Shown piece by piece: positions 35,103 through 46,500 of a DNA stretch of 64,000 bases (positions are counted from its first letter, which is position 1; each line of letters opens with the position of its first letter). Below the pieces are notes generated by a model that had not been told where the DNA came from, made no database searches, and saw only the letters and a list, made by a program, of their open reading frames with translations. The position numbers and the translations under genes were made by a program. This DNA is from Macrostomum hystrix (Eukaryota > Animalia > Platyhelminthes), in the NCBI GenBank assembly GCA_950097015.1, contig CATNEN010000009.1, forward strand, positions 124,001 through 188,000, given 5' to 3'.

Positions 35103-36200
35103 CATTCAGTCACAGCTTCTAGCAAAATCAGGTTCTCCGCCGGTCTGCGGATCAAGCATCGGCAGGGACCGCGGCCAGGCTTGAGTGCGACTCGAACTGT
35201 CGCAGATCAGACTGCACCGTATAGCTCGTATCGGCCCGGATGCATTGACTCGATGACACCAGTGCGCCATGTGAGCCTCGGCTGTCCGGCCTAGCCTTTC
35301 ACCAGGACGATGTCACCGACCGTAGCTACACGAGTGACGCCATGCTTGGGACTGAGATTATGTTCTCGCTGGCTGGTCAGATACTGTCGTTCCCAGCAGT
35401 CCCAGAAAGCACGCAGTTTGGCGCGCATTCGCCTCTGCAGTGTTGGCAACGGCAGTAGGAGATCCGGCGCACCGTTCGAAGTTGGCTCCATAATCAGCCG
35501 TTGCAGGACTGGAAAGTGCGCTGGCGTCAGGACTTCTCCGTTGGTCTCGGCATCCACGTATATCAGAGGGCGGCTGCTCAGCACTGCCTCGACTTCCAGC
35601 AACACTGTCAGCTCGTCCGATGTGAGACAGGCATTAAGACTGGTCTTTCGCAGTGCCAGCTTGATATCCTTCATCAGCCGCTCCCAGAAGAAGCCTTGCC
35701 AAGGTGCGCGCTCAGTGATGAATTTCCAGATGATCTTACTTGTGGCGCAGAAATCCTGAAGTTGTGGGCTCTCCGAGGCTTGCAGAATTCGCGCAGCTTT
35801 AGTGAACGTCTTGGCGTTGTCGCTGATGAGACTGGGGATGCCTCTCCGAGCGCAAAATCTCCGCAGTGCTCGCAAAAACGTTTCAGTCGTCAGGTCCTTC
35901 ACCAGCTCCAGGTGCATCGCTCTTTTCGCTGTGCAGGTAAACACCAGGATGTAGCCTTTCTCGACTGAGGAATTTTCTTTCAGCTTAACAGGACCACTGT
36001 AGTCCAGACCGCTCCACTCAAAGTCGAGCTCCGCTTTCACACGAGACTCTGGCAACGAAGGAACTAGCTTTACAGCGAACGGAAGTCATTGAAGACGCCT
36101 GCAGACGATGCATTCTCCTAAGACTGTCTTTACTCGCTGCCTGCCACGGATCAACCAGAACCTTTCTTGCAGGTTGCAAAGGGTGCTGGGTGAGGTGCTA
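35103..36200 (-). mobile_element. BEL/Pao integrase relic, copy A
   Basis: QERFWLIRGRQRVKTVLGECIVCRR; LPESRV..GLDYSGP; YILVFTCTAKRAMHLELVKDLTTETFLRALRRFCARRG..SDNAKTF; WKFITERAPWQGFFWERL; TWRTGVIESMHPG..RRPAENLILLE*. Confidence 0.9.
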
Positions 36201-36475
36201 ACCTTAACCCTAACCCAGTTAAACTGTGCGAACGGCGACCTCTCCGCCCCATTTTCAAACCGAATGCCAACCCTCCACTGGATGGAACTGAACAGCGAAC
36301 TGCATGAACACTGAACAGATGGGCACAAAATGTTAACGCAACTCATTTAACTGAAGCCTATTTCATCTCATCGGGAAGGACATTTGCCTACTATATGCTA
36401 CTTATAGTACTTGTACTTACAGCCTTTCAGCTTTTTAGAGAATCTTAGAATTTTTAATTTCATAATTAGAATAGC

Positions 36476-39400
36476 CTATGCTATGCGAACCGGGGACCCC
36501 GATTCTGGGACAAGCGAACTATCACAGAACGCACGGCTACATTCGGCTCTCCCTGAATCATGAACAACGGAACCTCCGCCCTGAGTCTTCAAAACTCTTT
36601 CTCTCAACGCTGATACGTACTGAGCATTCCACTGATCCCAGAAAACGTTGACAGCAGGCCGTAGGAGTCTCAACCGCTTCGGCAAGGGTAACAACACTGC
36701 TCGGGCGCTGCCGCCTCCGGGAACGGATTTACGACGGCTTCGATCTCTACTATCGTCGAGAGTAGCTTATCAAACTTTTGTAGGATCTTTCCGATGCTAT
36801 TTTTCAGGCAGGTCTTAACTAATCGCTAATCGCTCCCAAAAGCCACCCCCATGGGGCTCTTTTGGGGATAAACTCCCAGGCTATTCCTCGATCAGCACAA
36901 TACGATTGCACTTGGAAACTAGTGCTGGCTTCAAAAATTCGAGCAGCTGATTTGAACGTCTTTGCTTTGTCGCTAATTAACGAAACAACTCCGCGCCGTG
37001 ATACAAAACGCTGCAAACCGTTAACGAATTGATTGGCAGTTATGTCACTAAGCAACTCGAGGTGGACCGCTCGCGTAGCGGAGCACGTTAAGGAGTAGGA
37101 TGTACGATTTAGACGATGGTGCTCTATGACTCACCTCCCCCGTCCGATAATATATCAGATCACAATAGTCCAATCCGACGGTTTGGAACGGGCGAAATTC
37201 AGAGAGACGGAAGTCAGGCAATGGAGCCACGAGCTTCACAGAGTATAGGGTCGACCTAGAACTTTTTTTCAGATCACACACAGAGCAAAACTGATTTCAC
37301 CCTCTGCCGACCCTTAAGGATCCAGAACTGTTCCCTTACTTTGGCAAGAGTTGCTGAAACTCTCCCATGAGCAATAGAGCAGTGAGCCTGACGAATGATG
37401 AGTAGCTCAATGTCAGAATTGCGCGGGATCAAAATGGGATTGTTGAATTAAAATGGAAATCGTGATGCCAAGCGACCAGGGCAGCGAAGTAGACCCCTAT
37501 CATCGAGGAATAACGGCAGATCACGATTAAGAGAAGACTAAAGGTAAGCAGTGCTTACCATGGCCTAATTTTACTTCCTGTCGGCTTGAGTAGATCGAAT
37601 TTGGCTATGGCTAAATTGATACTATCGGTTCCTGCCGGCAGTGGTAAGCACAGATTACCGTGAATATTCTAGATTTTTTCCTGACAAGCATAAATTTTGA
37701 ATTTTACATTCTTAATTATGTGTCGTTTGTACATCTCCTTTATAGCTTTTAGTTCAAACATTCTATTTTATTCAAGAAGGCTCTGATTAATTTGAATTCC
37801 AATATCTTAACTTTCTCGTAGTATTGCAAAAAGAATTATAGAACAAAAAGAGCATCGAAACAGTACACACTCACTTCACACTCAGGCCGGTAGTTGTTCT
37901 TGCAATAAGCTTGCAGCATATTCATAAATGGACGAATCTTGAGTAGTCGATCTGCGCTTGCTTCTTCCCTGCTGTCGTAGAAGCGCAGAAATGTCAGCAG
38001 CTGCTTGAATCTATCGCGAGCTAACGCCTCGGGCTTCTGAAAGTATGGCATGCAGTGAAAATCATCTGACAGCTCCAGTAGACATGTAGCTCGGACTTTT
38101 TGTTCAGGCCCATGTACAGGTGCATGCCGACTAGCTTTTTCATCTCGCTTGCGGTGCAGTCCCACCAGCTAGTCAAGATAGGTCGAAGGACGTCCGTCTC
38201 AGGATCCAGTTCCATCAGCATGGTGGCCACCTTGGCGTTTGTCCATTCAGCGAGACGTTGGAAAAGCTCATGAGAAAGGAACATTTGTAAAAAAATAAAG
38301 ACTTATCCTGCTCAACATTGTCAGGAATTAAAACGTTCGGATTTAGGCCAGCAGTTCCGGTAAATTCAAAACTTTCTGTCCCTTCATCGGACCCAGGCTC
38401 GACAAGTCGCCAAACATTCTCAACTTCAGCAGCTTCGCCATCTGCGAACTCCTGTCCTTCCTCGCCTTCAGGCTCTTCCATGATTGGAGGATTGCCATTC
38501 AGTGCGTCTTCGATACCAACCTCCCCACCAGGCTCCTCGTCTATTGTTAAGTAGGAGTCGAGGCTCACTTCACTGTCTGAGGTCATGTATTCGATCCCAG
38601 AGACAGAAGCCATGTACTGCAGGTTTTCAGTGAGTACGCTCGTACTGAGAAATTTAGTGAGTAAAGACTAACAGACAAGATGGTCAGAATATTATTGTAA
38701 GAAAGCTTGTCCTACTGTAAAGGGGACTTGCTGCACACAGATTTCTATGGTAAGCAGCGCATACCAAGCAGGCAGCAAGTGAGACTGCTTTACTGGCTAA
38801 AGGCAGTAGTGCTGCTCATGTCCTTCCCGTCTAGTGCATCAGTTGAAGCCATGCTTGATTTAAGCCTAGCCGGCAGGACTGGGAGTGACATGCTATGCCA
38901 GAAAATATCTATGGTAAGCACTGCTTACCAAGCAGTCGGAAACACACTACTGATGGATTCTGGTTAAGCAGGTCTGCCTTACCAGAATCCATCAGTTGTC
39001 TGTAGCCTTGGTTTGTCACTGTATGTGATCCAACTCAGCCTTGAAATGTTTCTGCTGAACGTCTTTCAACCAGCAAGCCAGGGAATCTTGAATTTCTTCA
39101 GCTGTCAGAGGACCAGAAGTCTTGTTTGGTCTTGCCTGCCGGATTGAGGAACGCATGTTTCTGACGTAGAAGAAGTCGTGACAACGAATAAGTGATTATT
39201 TATTATTGAGGTGAAAGCAACTGAATAATTTTTCACTCTGATAGCTGCTGAGATTTGAAGGGCCTTCAGATTTGAACGGGTTTTTCACTCAACTGAATTG
39301 CACTAACAACTTCTGAAAGTGGCTGTGACGGATAGGCTCCAGACTTAAGGAATTTGGTCCATGTAACCAGAAGTCACAGTTCACCAGCTTCTCCGGCAGA

Positions 39401-39945
39401 CATCCCTTGAGGGCAAGTCAGCAGGATTTAGTTTCAGGAACGAGTCGCCATTCCGTCTCGGGAGTTAAAGCACTGATCTATTTGATTCTGTTCTCTCAGT
39501 TTCCAGTTTTCTAGTTTCCAGTTTTCCTGTCTCAGTTTTCCAGCGTTGACTACCCACTGCAAAGTCGTCATACTGTCTAGCTGTCCACAAAAATCTCGGT
39601 GCCGCTGGAAACTGTTTTGACATCATCTGCATGATCTTGGGCAGAATGAGAGCACTAAGTAACTCCAAACATGCGATGCTCAAGTTGAGCAAGTAGACAA
39701 CGGAGCGACGCGAGCTTTCGCGAAGACAAGGCAACAAGTTACACTATCATCAGTCGTCTGTGCTCTAGCGTACTCACAAGCCGCAAAGGCACGTTTACTC
39801 GCGTTACAGAAACCATGAAGTTCGATTGAGGAAGGAGACTTCGTCTCCGCCTGGAAGAAATATCGTGGAACAATGATCTGCATACAGACCAGGGCACGAA
39901 GCCACTTCTTCCACTCTTCGGCAATATTTGTAGTAGAACCTTGAT
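36476..39945 (-). mobile_element. BEL/Pao pol relic, copy B (RNase H to integrase), interrupted by a piggyBac-derived insert
   Basis: 39400-39945: ELHGFCNASKRAFAACEYAR..LVFAKARVAPL, RLELLSAL. 39000-39450: WRLVPETNPAD, WLHGP. 37270-37530: LFLDDRGLLRCPGRL..PILIP..REQFWILKGRQRVK. 36476-37270: PFQTVGLDY, FVNGLQRFVSRRG, WEFIPKRAPW. Heavily frameshifted. Confidence 0.8.
37531..38997 (-). mobile_element. piggyBac-derived insertion (N-terminal half of transposase)
   Basis: BEL homology stops at TTAA 37527-37530. Minus frames: acidic N-terminus MASVSGIEYMTSDSEVSLD.. (38613); LFQRLAEWTN..EMKKLVGMHLYMGLNKKSELHVYWS; LARDRFKQLLTFLRFYD..RLLKIRPFMNMLQAYCKNNYRPECE. Repeated GGTAAGCA-n-TGCTTACC palindromes occur at both ends. 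The right boundary is approximate. Confidence 0.8.
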
Positions 39946-39946
39946 G

Positions 39947-42900
39947 ATTATTATTATTATTATTAAAACGCGCACGCCATCTATGGGTGCTGATTTTTTT
40001 AATATATATTTTTTAACAACACATTTAAATGAACAACGAAAAGCAACATAAAAAGCGAAGTTAAGTAGGAATCAAATATCGAGCTGGGAAGGGAAAGCAA
40101 AGGTATTAAAAATAAGATCAGTAAAAACACAAGGGACGCCAGGGATAAAACAAATTATGAAATATCTATTGTTGAATGCTAGTAAAATCTCGTAGTCTCA
40201 GGGCAGCTGTTCCCTTATTTTAGATATTTCTATGATGTATTTTGCTAAAGCTTCAGCGGTTTCCCTATCGTCTTGAGCCATTATGTAGTTAGATTTTTCT
40301 TCTGCTGTTAAGGATATGAAATTGGGGGTTTTCCCAGAAACTTCCGTCTCAAATTTCGAACGTGCTGCGCTATACTTATTCCAAGTGCACTTAAAAAGGA
40401 AGTGGACCTCGTTTTCAACTTCTGTTTTGCACTTAATACATAATCTATTTACATACGGAATTATCGGTCTCGCAGTTCGCAATGTTTCGCAAGCTAGCTT
40501 ATGGTTTCCTAGTCTAAACGAGGCTATGGTACGTCTCCACTCCGGGTTGTATATTTGTTGTAAATATTTTTCGGCTGAATAATATTGCTTGAAGGAGTAA
40601 TAGAAGTGACTTAGCTTGCTTGAGTTCTGTGTCCTTTGTCTCCAATGGGTATCGAACTGAGAAACGAAATTTTTCCTGTGGTTTCCAATTGCTTTTGCAG
40701 GACTAATGCCTCTGCAGTTCAGCATAACCTCATTGTTGGTCTTTGCTTTGATTCCAACATCACTGTATGTTTGGTCCGCCAATAACTTGGAAATTATGGA
40801 GTCCGGCCGGCTTGTTATGGAGGCCCAGTACGAAATGCTTCTTTTCTGGATGTTGTATAATAAAGGCAATCTGCCTAACTCCGAGCGGGCCCCGTTGCCA
40901 TCCGTATTTTGGCTGACTTGTAGTATGGCTTTACAGCACCTGATGTTTACTCTTTCAAAAAGACAGCGGTCCCAAGGACCCAGGTTCCACGAGACAAAAG
41001 CCCCCCAGGCCTCAGAGGCGTACAGAGCTATGCTTTCTATCATTGCTGTGCAGTACAGCATGAGCTGATTGCATCTGACCGCCCCATGGCTGGCTAATTT
41101 CCTTAAGAGAAGAATAGGATATCCACATGTTTTGTTAATCTCTGTGGCATGGGAATCCACGGTTCCTTTAGCATTGATGTGAAAGCCAAGATATTTCCAT
41201 TCTTTGACGCTATCTAACAGTTGTCCCTGCAGAAATAGTTTGTTAGCCGTCTTTGATGGGTCAGGGCAACAGCTAATAACCTTAGTTTTTTGCATATTGA
41301 TTTCTAGCTTGTGGCTCTGACAAAATTCTGACACTTTATCGAGGCCCTTCTGCAACTCTCGAGGATTCTCTCCAAAGATCACTAAATCATCGCAGTATAG
41401 CAAGTTGTTGATTTGTTCATCTTTAATGAAGGTGTCGCTGCGAAATGAATCCCTTAGCATTGTGCTCAAAGGATCTATATAGAGTGAGAAGAGTAGAGGG
41501 GATAGGGGACAGCCTTGTCTTACTCCATTTGTTATGCTCCTTGCCTTAGTTGCTTGGCCATCTGAGATCTTCAGTTGGAATTTAGCTCCTGAGTACATGC
41601 TTTGTATTGCTTCGATTATTTCTGGGCTGACCTTTAACTCCCTAAGTCGTTGGAAAAGTGTTGGATGGTGGACCATGTCAAATGCGCTTTTTAAGTCAAA
41701 GAACACTAAGTGAAATGGCCTTTTGCGACGCTTTTTGTTGTGGATCAACGTCAAGAGAGTGGCAATGTGGTCTGAAGTTCGGTAGCCCTTTCTATTTCCT
41801 ATTTGACTGGCTGAAAGCAAGTCGAGGGTGCGAATATGAGTTTCTAGCTTTTCATAGATAAGTGAGGCAAACAGGCGAGCCAGGGCAGGCAGCACGCTTA
41901 TGGGTCTGTAGTTTTTGGGGTCACTACGGGAACCCTTTTTATAAATCGGTGTGATTAGGGCATTTGACCACTGTGCAGGAGTCTGGCCGAGTCTTACGCT
42001 TGCGTTAAAAAGCTTCAGAAGTACGGGTTTTAGCTTCTCTTGTCCGTAGATAATGTGCTCATTTGTTATACCATCTATTCCTGCAGCCTTTCTTCTCTTT
42101 AGCTTTTTAACTGCTCTATCGAGATCTACGCAGCTAATTAAATCTTCGGGACTAACTGCTTCATCTGTGCGATGCGGCTGGGTTCCCGAAGAAGGATGTG
42201 CGTTAAACACTTTGGTTAGGTTGTCCGCGATGTCAGCGATTGGGGCTTGAGATCTGTTAAGTCTCCTGCTGGGGAACAGCAACTCTTCTGCTCTTCTAAG
42301 ACCGGACCAGAATCCCTTTGAGGTTCCGTTAGCCGCCATTTTCTGAATGCAGTCGTTTATGTCCATCTGCTTAAGTTTCTTGAGCTGTTGTTTGTATTTT
42401 TTCGCTAGCCCATTATATTCTGATGCCAGCGCGCTGTCAGTTGGTCTACGTCTTTTTTTCCTGGCCACGTACTTTAATGATTTGCTCAAGTTTCTTAGTG
42501 TCTCGTCTCGATTTGTCCAGAACTTGTTCGGAATGATTGTCTTTGCGCAGCTTTCTGCCACTGAGTCTCTAAGCAGGTTGGTCAAGCTCGAGAACAAATT
42601 TTCCAGGGATTTTCCATCGTGTGCGTCGATAGATTGCAACTTTCTAATTATTTCTTCGCTTTGTTTGTTATTCAATGCCTCAATGTAACTTCCCTGCGTT
42701 TCAGTGTCCCATCTTGGAGGCATTGGGAAGGATTCATGTTTTTCCTGGTTTGCGTGTTCTGGTTGGACATGATCAGGAAAAATCAGAGTGACTGTTAGCG
42801 GGCAATGTCTGGACAGAAAGCTTTGAGGATGAATAAAGAAGTCTTTTATAATATCCACTTTATCCATGGATGCAATAGCGTAGTCTATGGTACTTCGGCC

Positions 42901-43545
42901 TAGTGTGCTACTAAACGTGTAATTTCCCATAATGTCACCCTGAGTCATTCCGTTCAGAATCGTGCTCTTGGTCTCGGAGCACATTTCCATCAGTCTTAAT
43001 CCATGCTTGTTTTTCTCAGAGTCCTGATTCTGTCTGGGAAACTTATCCCTAGTGCTGGACTGTAATGTGCCAGTTCGTGCATTGAAGTCACCTACTGTTA
43101 ATACGGAGCCCTCTCTTGAGAAGAGCTGGATGAGATATTTAATCTCCTCCCATATATCTTCTTTGTAGTATTTAGAATTTTCCGGTGGGATATAGCACCC
43201 TAAGATATACAGGGGTTCTTCAGACTGCTTTTGCTTTATTTTTAGTACCAGAGCGAAGTCAGATTTGTGCACTAATGTGGTTCTCTTTGCAATATTATTT
43301 TTAACTATTGCCATTTGATAATCTACCTTTGTTGATTCCCCTTGCCTTGATTCCATCTGCTCCAAAGCAGGTGAAATCTATCAGCGTGTTTGAGTCTAGC
43401 TGCTCCTGTTTGGCGTGGGTCTCACAGAGGAAAACTATGTCTCTATTCCTAATATGTTCGTGGAAACATGGTGATTCCATTTTGCATTCTCCACTGAGCA
43501 TCAGTCCATCTATGTTCCAACTGGTGATAATCAACTCTGATTTAT
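39947..43545 (-). mobile_element. APE-type LINE (RTEX-like), nearly complete ORF2, (TAA)n tail
   Basis: (att)6 tail at 39947-39964 and 3' UTR 39965-40197. The endonuclease starts IITSWNIDGL..DIVFLCETH (~43300-43545), with one frameshift near 43320 into the 1055-aa ORF. Clade assignment comes from motif recall and needs an RT phylogeny. Confidence 0.85.
40198..43365 (-). CDS. LINE ORF2: APE endonuclease, reverse transcriptase, C-terminal CCHC finger
   Basis: YIPPENS, GDFNART, STIDY, SRHCP (APE); NYRPISVL, QIGNRKG, FFDLKSAFD, GVRQGCPLSPLLF, LLYCDDL, WKYLG (RT); RLCIKCKTEVENEVHFLFKC. Confidence 0.92.
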   Translation of the reverse strand: MEQMESRQGESTKVDYQMAIVKNNIAKRTTLVHKSDFALVLKIKQKQSEEPLYILGCYIPPENSKYYKEDIWEEIKYLIQLFSREGSVLTVGDFNARTGTLQSSTRDKFPRQNQDSEKNKHGLRLMEMCSETKSTILNGMTQGDIMGNYTFSSTLGRSTIDYAIASMDKVDIIKDFFIHPQSFLSRHCPLTVTLIFPDHVQPEHANQEKHESFPMPPRWDTETQGSYIEALNNKQSEEIIRKLQSIDAHDGKSLENLFSSLTNLLRDSVAESCAKTIIPNKFWTNRDETLRNLSKSLKYVARKKRRRPTDSALASEYNGLAKKYKQQLKKLKQMDINDCIQKMAANGTSKGFWSGLRRAEELLFPSRRLNRSQAPIADIADNLTKVFNAHPSSGTQPHRTDEAVSPEDLISCVDLDRAVKKLKRRKAAGIDGITNEHIIYGQEKLKPVLLKLFNASVRLGQTPAQWSNALITPIYKKGSRSDPKNYRPISVLPALARLFASLIYEKLETHIRTLDLLSASQIGNRKGYRTSDHIATLLTLIHNKKRRKRPFHLVFFDLKSAFDMVHHPTLFQRLRELKVSPEIIEAIQSMYSGAKFQLKISDGQATKARSITNGVRQGCPLSPLLFSLYIDPLSTMLRDSFRSDTFIKDEQINNLLYCDDLVIFGENPRELQKGLDKVSEFCQSHKLEINMQKTKVISCCPDPSKTANKLFLQGQLLDSVKEWKYLGFHINAKGTVDSHATEINKTCGYPILLLRKLASHGAVRCNQLMLYCTAMIESIALYASEAWGAFVSWNLGPWDRCLFERVNIRCCKAILQVSQNTDGNGARSELGRLPLLYNIQKRSISYWASITSRPDSIISKLLADQTYSDVGIKAKTNNEVMLNCRGISPAKAIGNHRKNFVSQFDTHWRQRTQNSSKLSHFYYSFKQYYSAEKYLQQIYNPEWRRTIASFRLGNHKLACETLRTARPIIPYVNRLCIKCKTEVENEVHFLFKCTWNKYSAARSKFETEVSGKTPNFISLTAEEKSNYIMAQDDRETAEALAKYIIEISKIREQLP

Positions 43546-43547
43546 TA

Positions 43548-46500
43548 TATGCTGTGGCAGCAACGAAGAGGCCGAGTCCGACAGAACTCGCGGCGACAGT
43601 CGCGATTCTGGACGAGCAGTTCGGAGCCAAAGTCAACGTGGTGGCGGAGCGCCACAAGTTTCGGCAGCGCAGTCAGCGTCCGGGTGAAAAGATTGCGGAC
43701 TTCGTGGCGGCTCTGTATGCTCTGGCTGGCTCATGTGAGTTCCGCGACATGATGGAAGAAATGATCCGCGACCAGATCGTGGAGAAGGTCAGCGACAGGC
43801 GAATTCGAGAGCGCTTGCTGATCGAGGACGGCCTGACGCTGCAGAAGGCAGTGACGCTGAGCCAGCAATGGGAGACCAGCATCGCTGAGGCCAGCGCGAT
43901 AGAGACGGAAGGCGCAGCCGCGGCCGGAGCACAGCTGGAAGAAGAGGTGAAGAGAGTCCGACTACAACCAGACAGGAAGAACACGGGACAAGGGCGACCA
44001 GATCGAGAGTCATGCTCCAAGTGCGGAGGCGGGCACAACAGACGAGCCCGGTGTCCAGCTGAAGGCAAGAGTTGTCATGTCTGCGGGAAGGCGAACCATT
44101 TCGGCCGGATGTGCAGGTCGCAGGGCGCCAAGGTCGCCGAGGTCATGGACGAGAGCGGCCAAGCCGTGTACATGGTGCGCGGCGCCGCCAGTCCCGACAT
44201 CCGCTGCCGGCTGAAGGTGCATGGCATCTGGCTGAATCTGCTTGTAGACTCGGGAGCCAAGGTGTCCATCCTGTCAGAGAGGACCTTCAGGAAGCTCGGA
44301 AACCGGTCGCCACTCCAGCCGTCGACCAAGAAACTCATCGCGTACAACGGCAAGGCAATCGATGTCGTCGGCGAGGCGGTGCTGTCCGTCAGCTATCGCG
44401 GCCAGCTGGTGCCATTTTTCTGCTTTACCGTGGTACGGCAAGGCTCCGACATCATGGGAACGGATCTGATGCAGCACCTCAGCTTCCAGGTGGTGGACAA
44501 GGACGGAGACCTCGTGCGCACAGTCGAAAAAACGGCAGAGCTACCGGTCTGGCTGGCCGAGCCACTGACGCAGGGACTCGGGCGGATCCGAGGATTCGAG
44601 CACCGGCCCAGGCTGAACCCCGCCGTGCCCCCGGTGGCGCAATCGCTACGCCGCATCCCACTTAGCATCAAAGACAAAGTCCAGGCGGAGATTGACCAGC
44701 TGCTGGAGGATGACATCATCGAGGAGATCCAGGCTTCAGAGTGGATTTCGAACCTGGTGATCGTCCCGAAGCCTGATGGCAAAATCAGGGTCTGCAATGA
44801 CCTCAGGTGCCCAAACAAGGCCATAGTTCCGGATAAGCAGCCGCTGCCGACATTCGAGGAGCTGACAACGGAGTTCAAGGGCTCGACCGTGTTCACTAAG
44901 CTAGATTTAAATTCTTCGTATCTGCAGTTGGAGCTAGCAGAAGATAGGCGGGACTTAACGGCCTTCATTACGGAGAAAGGGCTGTACCGGTACAAGCGCG
45001 TATGCTATGGCCTAAACAGCGCCCCGGCGGCCTTCCAGAAAGTTCTCAGCAAGATTCTCCATGGCTGTTCCGGGACGCTGCACTACATCGACGACATAGT
45101 GGTGCACGCTGCCAACGAGGCGGAGCACCTGCGGCGGCTCACGACAGTGCTGGACAAGCTGCTCGCCCATGGCGTCACGCTCAACGCCTCAAAGTGCCAG
45201 TGGGCTGCAGAGACAGTGCAGTTCCTGGGCTACATCGTCTCCGCGAGAGGACTTCAGCCGATGCAGTCTAACGTTGAAGACATCGAGGCGGTGCCGGAGC
45301 CCCAGAACGCCGAGGCAGTGGCCTCATTTCTGGGAATGGTTAAATTCTATTCCAACTTTCTGCACAACCTGTCCGACATCGCCGAGCCGCTGCTGCTGCT
45401 ACTTCGCAAAGAGCAGCCCTGGAACTGGACAACAGATTGCCAAAAGGCCTTTTGGAGGCTCAAGAAGATGGTGGTGTCCCCAACATGCTTGCGATTCTTC
45501 AGTCCCGACGACAAGATCATCGTGGCCTGCGACAGCTCCGCGCACGCTCTGGGGGCCGTGCTGATGCAAGACGACAGCGCCGGGGTTCGAAGACCAGTCG
45601 CTTTCGCGTCAAGGACCCTGTCAGCGACCGAGCGCAAGTACTCCGCATCAGAGAGAGAGGCTCTCGCGTGCATCTTCGCGTGCGAGAGATGGCACTATTT
45701 CCTGTTCGGCCGGAGATTCGAGCTGCACACGGACCACCAGGCTCTGACGACGCTGCTGACGGCTCAAGGCAGCGGCCACCGGCCTCTGCGGCTTCATCGA
45801 TGGGCCGACCGCCTGCTCGCGTACGACTTCCAAGTCTGCCACGTTCCTGGCAAGAAGAACATCGGGCCAGATTTTTTGTCGCGCCACGGCGCTCTCGGAG
45901 CAAAATGCCCAAGGCAAAGCGAAGAGGACTCGACCGAGCTCCAAGTGAATGCCGTACTGCTGTCGGGCGCGCTGGAGATTGTCAGTCCAAGCGAACTGGC
46001 CGAGGCATCCCTGCAGGACCCGGTGATCAATGATGCGGTCACAATGACGCTCCAGGGGTGGCCTAACTCCATCAAGCAGCTGAAGCCGGAGCTGCAGCCG
46101 TTCTGGAGGATGCGGACGCAACTGGCGCTCTGGAATGACGGCAAGTGCCTGGCCAACGGCACCCGAGCAGTAATCCCCGCATCCCTGAGGGAGAAGACGC
46201 TGCAGCTGGCGCATTTCGGGCACCTCGGCGTGAGCAAAATGAAGCAGCATTGCCGGGACGCAGTCTGGTGGCCGCAAATCGATCAGCATATCGAGGAATT
46301 TGTGCGACATTGCGAGGCCTGCCTGCTTAGCGAGAAGAACTTTAAGCCACCCAAGACGGTCCTGACCCCTACGAAGTGGCCGACGCGTCCATGGGAGGAA
46401 CTCCAGCTCGACATCTTCGGGGAGCTGCACTCTGCACCGAACTCCTGTCGCTTCATCCTGGTGCTGTACGATTTGCATTCAAAGTGGCCGGAGGCTGCCT

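Noticed and set aside
36195-36215. Interstitial telomere (ctaaccttaaccctaaccc; also near 3720 and 26690)
   Set aside because: Only 2-3 imperfect units, a motif common in small TE termini.
43308-43547. N-terminal 80 aa of the 1336-aa ORF as real gag
   Set aside because: This stretch is the antisense of the LINE endonuclease start; gag similarity begins at about 43550.
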